Source of the DNA: Eledone cirrhosa
Taxonomy: Eukaryota
NCBI GenBank assembly: GCA_964016885.1
Contig: OZ024741.1
Coordinates: forward strand, 300,142,001-300,206,000
DNA length: 64,000 nt
Direction: 5' to 3'
Shown in pieces: positions 13,925-27,432 of the stretch. The first letter of the stretch is position 1, and each line of letters opens with the position of its first letter. The notes beneath the pieces were generated by a model that saw nothing but the letters and a program-made list of their open reading frames with translations, searched no databases and had not been told where the DNA came from. A program made the translations under genes and the position numbers.

Positions 13925-14411
13925 TGTACAGCCACCGGAAATAACATCTGTGAAATATACAGCGCCATCTATCTGTTAGCTAGCTACCTCAACGTGAAAC
14001 AAAACAAACAAGCTTAGAAACCATCAGAACAAACGCCTACACAACGTCTAAACATCAAATGATTATTTCTGTATAAATAGAGTGATCCCAAACACTTTAG
14101 CCAGTAGACTTTTGGCAGAGTCAGCTAGCGTATCGTTGTTCCTTTACTCTGCCACGCTTTGTCACTCACACACGCCTTGTAGCTTGTATCGTCGCTTCAT
14201 ATGATAATAAATAGCTGATTGAATTTACATCTCTCGCCTTGCTTCGTCCTTTTCAACTTGTGCTTTCGTCTGTCCATCCTCACCAGTGACAACAGTTCTT
14301 TTAAGGGCTATCTTCAGATCTGATCAGACCGTTACCGATAACAGTCCTTCTAAAGGCTATTCTCGGATCTGATCAGAAGTAGTGACCAGACTGACTAACC
14401 ACGTCGCTACA
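13925..14411 (+). repeat. 5' LTR
   Basis: TGTACAGCCACC...CGTCGCTACA, repeated at 19329. Confidence 0.95.
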
Positions 14412-14413
14412 AT

Positions 14414-14446
14414 TGGTGACACCCGACGTGATTCGAACGCGCAACC
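14414..14446 (+). promoter_or_regulatory. Primer binding site, tRNA-Trp type, extended
   Basis: TGGTGAC(A)CCCGACGTGAT matches the known tRNA-Trp PBS TGGTGACCCCGACGTGAT, 2 nt after the LTR; continues TCGAACGCGCAACC. Confidence 0.85.
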
Positions 14447-14471
14447 AGACAGTACCTAAGAAAATACCAAC

Positions 14472-15326
14472 ATGGACATGTCACAAACGACAGAGGCCGA
14501 GATACCAAGCACACAAGCGCCGTTAACATTGAAAGTCCCCGTGTTTTGGTCCAACGACCCGACTCTGTGGTTCGCTCACATAGAAGCGCAATTCGCCGCT
14601 AACAGAATTACGAGCCAATCCGCAAAGCTCACCTACATCATTGGGTCTGTCCCGCCAGAAATATTGGCTGAGGTGAAGGACCACGTCATGGCACCGCCGG
14701 GAACGGTGTCATATGAATCATTCCGCAAGTAATTGATCAAGCGGACGACCGCGTCACAGCAGAGACGACTCAACCAACTCGTGGCTGCAGAAGAATTGGG
14801 GGACAGAAAACCGTCCCAATTATTGCGAAAAATGAGACAGCTGATGGAGGACCAGCCTCTTTCAGAAGATCTACTGAATCGGCTTTTTATACAGCGCTTG
14901 CCCTTATCGATGCAGGGCATTCTGGTGTCGACTAACAAGTCATCAACCCCGGAAGAACAGGCGAGTGTCGCAGATAAGATCGCTGAGGTGTCGAACCCTT
15001 TTGCCTCAGTAGCACACGTAGCTCGTCGGACGAACCCTTACGTAGCGTCCTCGGACTCCACCTCCGAGATTTCAGAGCTGCGGGCTATGATCAGAGAGCA
15101 GGCTGGTCAAATTAAAGCCCTCTCAAACCAATTAGAGAGCCTGACCTTGCAAACACACCGGCGGCGCAGGCCCTTTCACCGTCGAAGATCCAGAAGTCCC
15201 AGTCAAAATCGTGTATCTGGCAACCTCTGCTGGTATCACGAAGAATTTGGCGCACAGGAATCTAAGTGTAGGGCCCCGTGCTCTTTCCAGAATACCACCC
15301 AGGGAAACGGGCAGTCCAGGGCCTAG
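14472..15326 (+). pseudogene. gag: Gypsy Gag with one internal stop (14730-14732)
   Basis: KVPVFWSNDPTLWFAHIEAQF; LGDRKPSQLLRKM; LCWYHEEFG...KCRAPC. Confidence 0.9.
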
Positions 15327-15350
15327 CGACGACGTTCACCCCTGGTACTG
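15302..15350 (+). promoter_or_regulatory. -1 ribosomal frameshift signal between gag and pol
   Basis: G GGA AAC in gag phase; protease ORF is in the -1 frame; downstream stem CAGT-CCAGGG...CCCTGG-T-ACTG. Confidence 0.75.
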
Positions 15351-18300
15351 AAAAGAAAAGTCGTCTATTTTTAATTAACTACCAGGCGACAGGCATCCGT
15401 TACCTCGTGGATACAGGAGCCCAGGTTAGTGTTATTCCTGTTTCACTAATCTCGGGCAAAAGACACCCAACACCGTCCTTCCTGCAGGCAGTGAACCGAT
15501 CGTCAATTCCGATTTTCGGGGACAAATCGCTGACCCTCAATTTAGGCTTGAGGCGGCGTTTTCAATGGGTGTTCGTCGTGGCAGACCTGCCGATCCCTAT
15601 CCTAGGAGCCGATTTTCTCCACCACTTCTGGTAGATATGAAGAACCGGAGGCTTATTGACACGACCACAACCCTCACTGTGAGAATTATATTTACCACGC
15701 AATCCACAGTGAACCCTGTAATTTGCCAGTCAGAGTCTTCGCGGTACAACGGCATTCTCCAGAAATACCGAGACATCACTCTCCCGGTATTTAAGGATGG
15801 TCCTATTAAGCATAGTGTCACACACCACATCGAAACAAGAGGACCACCCACAGCTGCCCGACCAAGGAGGCTGCTTCCAGACCGATTGAGAATCGCCAAA
15901 CACATGCTGGACCTCGGAATCATTCGCCCTTCCTCCAGCAACTGGTCTGCACCCCTACACCTTGTTCCTAAAAAAACGAGAATGATTGGCGACCATGTGG
16001 GGATTATCGTGCACTTAACAATTCTACAGTGCCCGATAATTACCCTGTACCTCACCTGCACGACTTTTCTGCCTCTCTGAAAGGCGCACGCATCTTTTCC
16101 AAGATAAATTTGGTGCGTGCATATAACCAGATACCCATGGAGCCTGCAGATATTCCGAAGACCGCAAGCACAACGCCGTTCGGTTTATTCGAATTCCTGC
16201 GAATCCCGTTCGGTCTCCGCAACGCTGCACAAACTTTTCTGGGGTTTATTGACACCGTGTTACGCGATCTACCCTTCCTATACGCATATATTGACGACGT
16301 GCTGGGAGCAAGTACTTCCGAGCAAGAACACGAGAAGCACTTAGATCTCCTTTTCCAACGATTTGCTGAGTACGGTATCATCATCAACCCCAGCAAGTGC
16401 CTTCTCGGCGTTCCTTCACTGTCCTTTCTGGGGCACATCATCGATAAAGACGGCATTCGTCTACTTCCCGAGAAAGTAGAAGCTATCCGCAGTTTTCCCG
16501 CACCTACATCACTTCAGAAACTGCGTGAATTCCTCGGTCTGGTGAATTTTGATAGGCGTTTCATCCCTCATTGTTCCGACGCAGCCAGACTCCTCACGGA
16601 CCTTCTTCGTAACCGGACTCGTAAAAACGAAGAGATCACTCTAAACGAGGAAGAATTAACATCTTTTAACCGCCTGAAGGAAATGTTGGCAAACGCTTCC
16701 ATGCTCGTTTTCCCCAGATCTGGCGCTCCTCTTTCGCTGCTAGTGGACGCATCAGACACGGGGGATGGAGGCGTTTTATAACAACATGTCGACGGCGTGT
16801 GGCAACCCTTATCCTTCTTTTCTAAGCGGTTGCAACCGGCAGAAACGAAATACAGTACCTTTGGCCGAGAACTCTTGGCAACCTATCTTTCAATTAAGCA
16901 TTTTCCGCACATGCTCGAAGGATCAGATTTCGTGATCTACACGGACCATAAACCACTAGTTTATGCGTTCCGTACCAACCCTGATCGACATTCACCGAGA
17001 GAACTCCGACACCTGGATTTTGTCTCCCAATATTCAACTGATATTCGGAATAACAAGGGATCAGACAACGTAGCAGCCGACGCCCCCCGAATCCAGCTGA
17101 ACGCAATACATGTGCATTGAGGCATCGACCTTCAACAGATCGCAGCTGACCAAGAGACTGACGAAGAGTTTATCAAGCTCCGAGATTCGCCATCCTCAAG
17201 TTTCAGCAAGTTCCCATTCCTTCTTCTCCGGGACAAATTTGGTGCGACCGGTCATGAACGACCATACGTACCACAGATGCATCGTCGACAAATTCTTTCT
17301 GCTTTACACTGCTTGTCTCACCCGGTAATCCGGGCTACACAGAAACTCATCTCTGCTCGTTTTGTGTGGACTAACATTAACAAGGACGTGCGCGACTGGT
17401 CCAGGAGCTGCATTGCCTGCCAGAAAGCCAAAGTCCACAGACACATCAAAGCTCCACTCGGCAGATTCGCGCAACCTGATGCACGTTTTCATCATGTGCA
17501 TATCGTCATCATCGGACCTCTACCACCATCACAGAACTACACACACTTGCTCACCTGCACAGATCGATTTTCCCGTTGGCCTGAGGCTTTTCCCTTAAAT
17601 GATACCTTAGCGGAAACAGTCGCTAAAACTTTGGTTTTACACTGGGTATCACGTTATGGCGCCCCAGCGAAGATAAAACGGAAATAGGACGCCAGTTTGA
17701 CTCCCACCTCTTCAGGGAACTGACTCGCCTATTAGGATGTAAACACATCCGCACGACAGCGTATCGCCCGCAAGCTAATGGTCTCGTGGAAAGATTCCCT
17801 CGCCAATTGAAAGCTGCAATAAAAACATATCGAAACAAGACCCACTGGTTTGAATACCTACCACTCATCCTTCTGGGCATTCGATTCACCGTTAAAGAGG
17901 AATTCGGACACACACCTGCAGAATTAGTGTACGGCACCACCCTGGTTCTACCTGGTCAGATGGTTGCTCCCATCTCTCCTCAGGATGTTCCAGACCCAGG
18001 ATCATACGTACACCGTCTTCGACAATATATGTCTCACCTTGCTCCTGCAAGCACCCGTCAACATAACACGGCCGCATACGTACCTTCAGACATTAAAGAT
18101 TGGACACACGTTTTCGTTCGAAACGACACCATCTCAGCTCATCTTCGACCTCCATATTCTGGCTCTTATCGTGTTCTAAAAAAATATCCGAAATATTTTA
18201 TTCTCGATCTAGATGGTAAACAGAATTCTGTCAGCGTGGACAGATTAAAAAAAGCCATCATGGATACTGTTACAGTCTCTACACCAGAAACTCCAACAGA

Positions 18301-18400
18301 TTCCTGTCCCAGCAAGCCACCTGTTTCATCTCGAGTCACGAGAAGTGGACGACGTGTCCATTGGCCCGCCAAGTTGGCACAATATGTGAATTACCGTTAA
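15302..18400 (+). pseudogene. pol: Gypsy Pol (protease, RT, RNase H, integrase), several frameshifts
   Basis: LVDTGA; YAYIDDV; VDASD...YSTFGRELLA...TDHKPL; H...H...C..C; DRFSRWPEA; PYSGSYRV. Confidence 0.93.
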
Positions 18401-19328
18401 CCTCAAGTGAGTTTCTTCATCATTCTTCTTGCAAAACATTCCCATTTCCCTTGTGTTTACTATTTCCAGTTTCATATACAATGAACTTTCTGCTTGAACA
18501 ATTGCAATTTTTAATGACCATGTGCTCATGTCACGAAGAACATTATTTATAATGAACATTATTTATTACAAACACTATTTAAGAACAAACATTGTGTATA
18601 ACTATAATCTTTTTTTTTTCTTCTCTCTCTTGTTTTGCAAAAATTTGTATTTTTCTTGTTCTGTAACATTGATTGTGTAATTGCCATAATTTTTATACAC
18701 ATACGAGGCGTGTACATATTCGGTTTTTCATGAACACTACAAAACCACGTTTGTTTCACCTTTTGGTTCATACACTGAGAAATAGATATTTGTATCCCTC
18801 TAACTCTTAGACTACAAAATGTTTTCTCTTTGATCACGCATTTCACAAATCGCATCCTCAAAACACTGGCCTTCTTTTTTCACGTACACATTCACTCAAT
18901 AGCTCGAGAATGCCTCGCTATTGTTTTTACCACATGCATTCGCTCAAGTCATATGCTGTGTAGCAAACTGTTACTTTTAGGCAGCATGCTTACGGCCATT
19001 CAGTTCACACATTACGGTTATCTTCACTGCCCAGTTAGACTTTTTGTCACGCAATTCACAAGCAACTCAACCCAAATTGCAACAGGCTCATTCATCACGC
19101 CTGCATAAATCTGGTCAAAGCCATTTTATAGTTTATTTCTTTTTTCTCGTCCTGACACACACATCTTGCCATATCATCTCTACATCGACTCTGCCCTGTA
19201 CTCGATGATCACAAAATTTCACAATCTGCTGGACATCCTGGGTCTATTGTCATGACAAATGCACTACTGGTCTATTACTATACGATATTTCGCTCTTTTG
19301 TTGTACAAAAGATCTGGCAGGGGGTTAA

Positions 19329-19815
19329 TGTACAGCCACCGGAAATAACATCTGTGAAATATACAGATCCATCTATCTGTTAGCTAGCTACCTCAACGTC
19401 AAACAAAACAAACAGCCCTTAGAAACCACCAGAACAAACGCCTACACAGCGTCTAAACATCAAACGATTATTTCTGTATAAATAGAGTGATCCCAAACAC
19501 TTTCGCCAGTCGACTTTTGGCAGAGTCAGCTAGCGTATCGTTGTTCCTTTACTCTGCCACGCTTTGTCACTCACACACGCCTTGTACCTTGTATCGTCGC
19601 TTCATGTGAAAATAAATAGCTGATCGAATTTACATCACACCTTGCTTCGTCCTTTTCAACTTGTTCTTTTCCTCTGTCCATCCCCACCAGTGACAACAGT
19701 TCTTTTAAGGGCTATCTTCATATCTGATTAGACCGTATGCGATAACAGTCCTTCTAAGGGCTATTCTCGGATCTGATCAGAAGTTGTGACCAGAATGACT
19801 AACCACGTCGCTATA
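19329..19815 (+). repeat. 3' LTR, preceded by purine tract ggcagggggttaa
   Basis: Direct repeat of 13925-14411. Confidence 0.95.
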
Positions 19816-19845
19816 TATATATATATCTATATAAATATATATATA

Positions 19846-20323
19846 TAGTGAGTTAGAAATTCAGAGTAGTCTCTATTTTTAGCGGCCTGGAATTTCGAGA
19901 CAAGCTAGGTTCCGAAGACAAGTGAGATATTTCTTATCGCACAAAATTCAGTCTACTAATATTTTTAGAAGTGGAAGAATCACTAATTTCTCAACAACTA
20001 CTGAGGAGCCGAGAAAAGTGTGGACTTCAATTAATAAGATGTTGCGTAACAGTCTCCAAAACTGTCTAGTTGTTACCAAGCAATTTCCCAATATAGGTCT
20101 GTTATTTTTCTTAATTTAATACTTAAAATTAAGTCTGACAAACCATATTGCTGTATTTAGTATTTTTTCGCCCTACCAAACTTGTGTCTTACGATTCGAA
20201 CACATGTATGTTTATATTAGTGTTCATCTCTCTTGTTTATTCAATTATATTACACGGCCCGGAAAAGCTTTTTTCTTAGAGCTATTTAATTGTAAGACAC
20301 TACTCTGAGTTTCTAACTCACTA
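19846..20323. mobile_element. Small non-coding element with 25-bp terminal inverted repeats
   Basis: tagtgagttagaaattcagagtagt (19846-19870) vs actactctgagtttctaactcacta (20299-20323), one mismatch. Confidence 0.55.
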
Positions 20324-20847
20324 TCTGCTATGTGGCAGCTACAACTTCGATTCACACCCAATATATATGTGAGAAAAACCACAAACCCTCCATCTCAATT
20401 CTACTTTTGAAAAGCAAAAGAACTGCGAAACCGGTAAAGGAACCAAATAAATATATATTTAAAAAAAAAAGACTCAAGTTGCATTTTCGATTTCATCTTT
20501 TTTCCTTATACTTTCACTCGTTTTTTTTTCATTTTGTGAAAAAACCTCACTTTGTAATATATATATATAAATGGAAAAGCATGAAACGAAATTTCATTTC
20601 TCATTCTTAGTACGGCTGATACTTAAATTTAAGTACGTATGTATACGTACATATATATATATATATACAGACGTACAGTAGTATGTATATATATATACAT
20701 ACATGCGAACATATATATATATGTACGTATGGGTTTACCGAACATTTATTATAATATTCGGTTTGTTTGTAAACAAACTAACAGCCTGAATTAAGCCGTA
20801 GTGTTCAGGCAACCATCGTTGCTTCTTTGTTCAATACTGACATAGGA

Positions 20848-20890
20848 ACGATGTACTAGTTTCAAGCTTATTAGCTATCGTCAGCATCGT
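20848..20890 (-). ncRNA. Minimal type I hammerhead ribozyme
   Basis: acgatg CTGACGA t-agct-aata-agct-t GAAA ctag TA catcgt. Confidence 0.85.
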
Positions 20891-21101
20891 ATATATATAT
20901 ATATATATATATATATGGCCAAAGATTAGTATGGTTCGTTGAATACTTAATAAATACAATTTTACAATAGATGAGAAGCACTCAAAAGTTTTCATGGAGT
21001 TTTTAATATTATTCAAAATATGAAAAACTCCAGGAAAACTTTTGTTAATATTATTCAAAATATTAACAATGAAAAATATTCTCATAATCAAAATATATAC
21101 G

Positions 21102-21159
21102 TTATTATATATATTTCAGAGGTACTGTATTGTTTTTTCAGTAGGTACTCATAAGACAA
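21102..21159 (-). ncRNA. Degenerate hammerhead-like motif
   Basis: ttgt CTTATGA ...tactg...cagta... GAAA tatata TA ataa; core G5 mutated. Confidence 0.4.
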
Positions 21160-21237
21160 AATATATGCTTTGATATATGACATACTGCTATGGTCTTGAT
21201 TATACAATTCCAGTATTTTTCATTTGTTAATATTTTG

Positions 21238-21339
<102 letters not shown>

Positions 21340-21376
21340 TTAATAAATGGAAACTAGATTTATAAAACCATATTTA

Positions 21377-21438
21377 TTTTATTATATATATTTCAAGGGC
21401 AACCAAGGCAAATTATGGTGCGCTCTCATCAGAAAAAA
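21377..21438 (-). ncRNA. Type I hammerhead in inverted pseudo-LTR
   Basis: tttttt CTGATGA gagcgcacca...tggttgccctt GAAA tatata TA ataaaa. Confidence 0.65.
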
Positions 21439-22154
21439 CACAGATTTGTTTTATAAATAAATATTGACATACCCGGACAAAAGACAGCCTTAACGGTTGG
21501 CCCTTCCTGGATATTGGAGATAATATTTTATTGAGGGTAATACAAAGTTATGAGTGAGTATGCAAATGAGTGTCCGAAAAATTGAAAAGATAACGGTTTA
21601 TTTAAATAAAACTGTTGTAAGAAGAGGATATGTAAGGGAAAGAGAAGAAAAGGAAGGAGAAAGAGAGAAGAAGAAGAAGAAGAAGAAGAAGAAGAAGAAG
21701 AAGAAGAAGAAGAAGAAGAAGAAGAAGAAGAAGAAGAAGAAGAAGAACGATTATACATAGTGATAGTGAAGATATTCAAAGTAAACGAGGAAATAAATGT
21801 TAATGGAAGAATATACAGAACGTAAATATACCTAAGTGAATGAAGAAGTGAAAGAAGAAATAAGATTAACGTGGAAGAATAATATTCAGAATGTAGGGTT
21901 CATTATGTTGTGATTATATTTATAATGATAAGTTGAAAATTAAATATTTAAAAATATTATTTAAAATTAAAAATCAAAATTAAAGATTAAAATTTACTTT
22001 AATATAAAAAATTTAATTTAATATTAAAATTAAAAATTAAAAATTAAAAATTAAAGTTAAAACAGAAGTATTTATATTATATTAAGAGGTATTAGTAATA
22101 ATATATTGGTTTAGATGTGTTTGTTATGGATTATAAATTATTTAAATGTAGAGA

Positions 22155-23890
22155 GCAACAAATGATGACCTTGAACGAGTAAATACTGAAGCTTCTTATA
22201 TAATGCAGGAATTAGGCATCGAAAATAGGACTCAACCCTTCATACCTAGGAAACCAAAGATTTATTTGAAGGACCATAAAAGAAATTTTGAAATTGAATT
22301 ATCAGTTAGACTGGTTGCACCATCTATATCGGACCTTGGCATACTTAGCAAAAATATCTTAGATAGAATCATACCACAACTTAAGGAAATATCTCATTTA
22401 AAATTATGGAATGGGACTAATGAAGTTATTGACTGGTTTCAGGACATTAAATATAAGCATAACAATAAATTCATTCAATTATATATTGCTAATTATTACT
22501 CATCTATCACTCCTAATTTACTTAATAAAGCCCTTACATATGCATTTAAATATACTGATTTATCTTGCAACGAAATGAACATTATCTTAACTGCACGTAA
22601 ATCATTAATTAAATTTGGCAACCACCTTTGGACTAGAGCTGATAGGGATAACAATTTCGATATCACTATGGGGTCATCGGACTCGGCGCAATTAAAGGAT
22701 CTTGTGGGACGTTTTATTAACAAAACTTTACATAGGAAAATACCAGAGGTGACCGTTGGTTTATATCGTTGAAAATAATAATAATTGTGAAATAAATAGA
22801 AAAAGAAAAGAAATTATACAATTTTTTAATAGCTTTAATCTTAAAGTAGAAATAGAGAATAATTATAAAATAGTTAATTTTTTAAATGTAACTTTAAACC
22901 TTAATATGGTCTTTATTATCCATTTCATAAAATCAATGAGAATTTCAACTATGTTAAATTTAATTCCAATCGCCCCAGATCCGTTAAAAACACTATTGTA
23001 AATTCTGTGCAGCAACGTATTTCTAAAATTGCAGCGAATACAAATATATTTGAAGCTAAGGCACAATATTATAACGAAGCCTTAAGTAGCACAGGCTATA
23101 GTAATGAAATGAAATACATTGATAATAAGGATATGCCAATTAACCATAACTTTAATTATAATTATAATAGGAAACCTTTCGAAAATCAAAAGAAGAAATA
23201 GAACTAGAAATATATTATGGTTCGCTCCCCCTTTCTCATTAAGTATTAAAACTCCAATGGCTAAACTATTTTTTAAAGCTCTAGATAAGTGTTTTCCCAA
23301 GACACACAGGTATTACTCAATCTTTAATAGACATACTATTAAACTATTATATTCTACCACTATGAATTTAGCACAAAATATTAATAGAATTAATAATAGA
23401 AACTTAAAACCTAACCAGAATAGCATTAATATCTCTAGCAATATCCAATATAATGTTACGGCTCCCAATAATATAAATTCAGATAAATGTAATTGTAGAA
23501 ATAAATCTAACTTTCCTCTAAATAATAACTATTTAGTTAAAAATATAGTATACAATTGTAATGTCAAAACCAATGAAAATTCCTTTAACTATGTCGGCTC
23601 TACTTCCAAAGATTTCAAATCTCGTTTCAATAACCATAAATGTTCCTTTACGAATATTCGTAAAAAATCTTCAACTTCTCTATCCAACTTATTATGGAAC
23701 TTAAAATCCAAGAATATTAACTATTCTTTATCTTGGGAAATTATTTCCAAAGCTCCATCATACACAACTCTATCCAAATGTTGCTCCCTTTGAGTTGAAG
23801 AAATATTCTTTATACTAAAAAGTAGAACTCTATTAATTTGCGTAATAATTTATTTATTTATTGTAACCATCGTTTAAACTCAACTTTTAG
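22155..23890 (+). pseudogene. PLE RT and GIY-YIG endonuclease, 5'-truncated and frameshifted
   Basis: ORFs 22203-22772, 22756-23001, 23007-23201, 23119-23793. Confidence 0.9.
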
Positions 23891-25268
23891 ATATATATAT
23901 ATATAAAATGTAATATATGCTTAATCTCCTTTACATAACGTTTTCTATATCCAACCACCTATAACTTCATCCCTCAGATTATATCTATATATGATTCATA
24001 TATATTTAATTTACTTTCTATTATCTCTACTTCATAAATATACTTTATATAATACACTCATCAATAGATTATAACCTTTTTTTATCACTACTTGAAATTC
24101 TTTTAAGAAAGATTCTAAAAAAACTTTCCTTGAAAGACTTTCTGAAGGTTTTAGAAAATTCTTTGTAAAACTTTTTAAAGTTCCTTTGAATGATATGGAA
24201 AAACCATTATTTTCATATCTTCCAATATTTTATATCTTCAAACATTTTTAATATTTAAATATATCCAAATATATATATATATGTGGAATAACGTATGGTT
24301 TTTATATATATATGTGGAATAACCTATGGTTTATGTTTTAATTATATTCTTAAGATAGCATTTATGTCTTCTCATAAAACTATTTTTTTAAAAAGGTGTT
24401 TTATGTATCCTTGAAGTCATTTGAGTTCTTAAAAAATCACTTCTAACTTCCTTTATACTGCCTTACTCTTTTTATAATCTAATTAAGTAGTTATTCCTTT
24501 GTAAACTCTCGTAAATTTTCATAAATTTGGAATTATTTGGATGTTTAAGTTTTGACTTACAACTATTAATAAATATAATTTGGCCAAACTTACTTTAATC
24601 AAATAAACTATACTAGATGTTCTCTAATGTAAAATACTATACATTTAAATAATTTATAATCCATAACATACACATCTAAACCAATATATTATTACCAATA
24701 CATCTTAATATAATATAAATACTTCTGTTTTAATTTTAATTTTTAATTTTTAATTTTAATATTAATATTAAATTAAATTTTTAATATTAAAGAAAATTTT
24801 AATCTTTAATTTTGATTTTTAATTTTAAATAATATTTTTAAATATTTAATTTTCAACTTATCATTATAAATATAATCACAACATAATGAACCCTACATTC
24901 TGAATATTCTTCTTCCACGTAAATCTTATTTCTTCTTTCGCTTTACGTTCTGTATATTCTTCCATTAACATTTATTTCCTCGTTCACTTTGATTATCTTC
25001 ACTATCACTATGTATAATCGTTCTTTCTTTCTTCTTCTTCTCTCTTGCTCCCTCCCTTTCTTCTCTCTCCCTTACATATCCTCTTCTTCCAGAAGTTTAA
25101 TATTAATAAACCGTTATCTTTTCAATTTTTCGGACACTCATTTGCATACTCACTCATAACTTTGTATTACCCTCGATAAAAGATTATCTCCACTATCCAG
25201 GAAGGTCCAACCGTTAAGGTTGTCTTTTTTCCGGGTATGTCAATATTTATTTATAAAACAAATCTGTG

Positions 25269-25330
25269 TTTTTTCTGATGAGAGCGCACCATAACTTGCC
25301 TTGGTTGCCCTTGAAGTATATATAATAAAA
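25269..25330 (+). ncRNA. Hammerhead copy in 3' pseudo-LTR, GAAA changed to GAAG (probably inactive)
   Basis: CTGATGA gagcgcacca...tggttgccctt GAAG tatata TA ataaaa. Confidence 0.55.
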
Positions 25331-25482
25331 TAAATATGGTTTCATAAATATAGTTTCCATTTATTATTATATTGTGTATTTACTCCACTAAACTGTTGAG
25401 TGCTTGATATCAGTTATAAAAATGTTTAAGCTTGTTGAATCCCAACAAATTAAATATAACCTCTGCATATATATATATATAT

Positions 25483-25903
<421 letters not shown>

Positions 25904-26224
25904 ATATAATTATAATAAATTGCAAGACCACATGAGTGCTACAAAATTGTGATAAATGATATCGATCATTATCTGCGGTGATTTCTTCCTCCTCGCCACC
26001 CCAAATTGTTGACATATAATACCCACCATCACATCAGTGGTATGGCAACAACTTAGTACATCTATTTATACATGTAATAACACAACAATATATATGTTTG
26101 TATGTGTTCCTGCATGCCTCGCTTTCTATATGTATCAATCAACATATCTGCCTCTCTAGAAGATTCTCCGTCTATTTGTCAGTCGGTATGTCTATTTCAA
26201 TATTGCTATACCTATATGTCTGTT

Positions 26225-26352
<128 letters not shown>

Positions 26353-26641
26353 CAAATAACGAAACGAAATTAAATTTCGTTTCGTTTGTAACTCACTTTT
26401 GTATGACTGACGCTTAAACAATTAAGTTAAAAAATGTACATCTACATATGCATACTGAAATACTAGTATGCATATGAATACACACACGTATACATATGTA
26501 GATGTACCAAGTCTTTCACTGGTTACTTTACTGTGAGTATCCAGCTATTCTGTATGTAAACACACAGACAAACCGGTTTTTAGAGTCATACTGGTTTTTG
26601 AGGAAACACCTTTCCTCTATTCTCCAGAAAGCCAGACAAGG

Positions 26642-26686
26642 AATATTGAACTAGTTTCGTTGTTGTTACAACTCATCAGCAATATT
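26642..26686 (-). ncRNA. Minimal type I hammerhead ribozyme
   Basis: Reverse complement of 27114-27158. Confidence 0.9.
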
Positions 26687-27113
26687 TACCTATCTATCGG
26701 TCTTTCTGGAGAATAGAGGAAAGGTGTTTCCTCAAAAACCAGTATGACTCTAAAAACCGGTGTGTCTGTGTGTTTACATACAGAATAGCTGGATACTCAC
26801 AGTAAAGTAACCAGTGAAAGACTTGGTACATCTACATATGTATACGTGTGTGTATTCATATGCATACTAGTATTTCAGTATGCATATGTAGATGTACATT
26901 TTTTAACTTAATTGTTTAAGCGTCAGTCATACAAAAGTGAGTTACAAACGAAACGAAATTTAATTTCGTTTCGTTATTTGTTTTTATCGTCTTCGTTGAA
27001 CCGGTACGTACTCACACTCTATGCAAATTAGTCTGCCCACTACTAATTTTCATAGAAAAAGCATATAACGATATGTGCTTTTACGATTCTCCAGAAAGGC
27101 CGGTAGATAGGTA

Positions 27114-27158
27114 AATATTGCTGATGAGTTGTAACAACAACGAAACTAGTTCAATATT
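27114..27158 (+). ncRNA. Minimal type I hammerhead ribozyme
   Basis: aatattg CTGATGA gttg-taacaa-caac GAAA ctag TT caatatt; intact core, 7-bp stem I. Confidence 0.9.
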
Positions 27159-27374
27159 CCTTGTCTGGCTTTCTGGAGAATAGAGGAAAGGTGTTTCCTC
27201 AAAAACCAGTATGACTCTAAAAACCGGTTTGTCTGTGTGTTTACATACATAATAGCTGGATACTCACAATAAAGTAACCAGTGAAAGACTTGGTACATCT
27301 ACATATGTATACGTGTGTGTATTCATATGCATACTAGTATTTCAGTATGCATATGTAGATGTACATTTTTTAAC

Positions 27375-27432
<58 letters not shown>

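Larger units (their letters stand above)
13925..19815 (+). mobile_element. Full-length Ty3/Gypsy LTR retrotransposon, decayed
   Basis: Two similar LTRs of about 487 bp, PBS, purine tract, gag then PR-RT-RH-INT; TATA on both flanks (possible TSD within TA repeat). Confidence 0.96.

Noticed and set aside
23791-23793. TGA at a conserved Cys position (KCCSL*VEE) suggesting a selenoprotein PLE
   Set aside because: Other PLEs here have Cys at this site, this copy has other disabling changes, and no SECIS was recognised; selenoprotein PLEs are reported for the N-terminal-EN Naiad clade.
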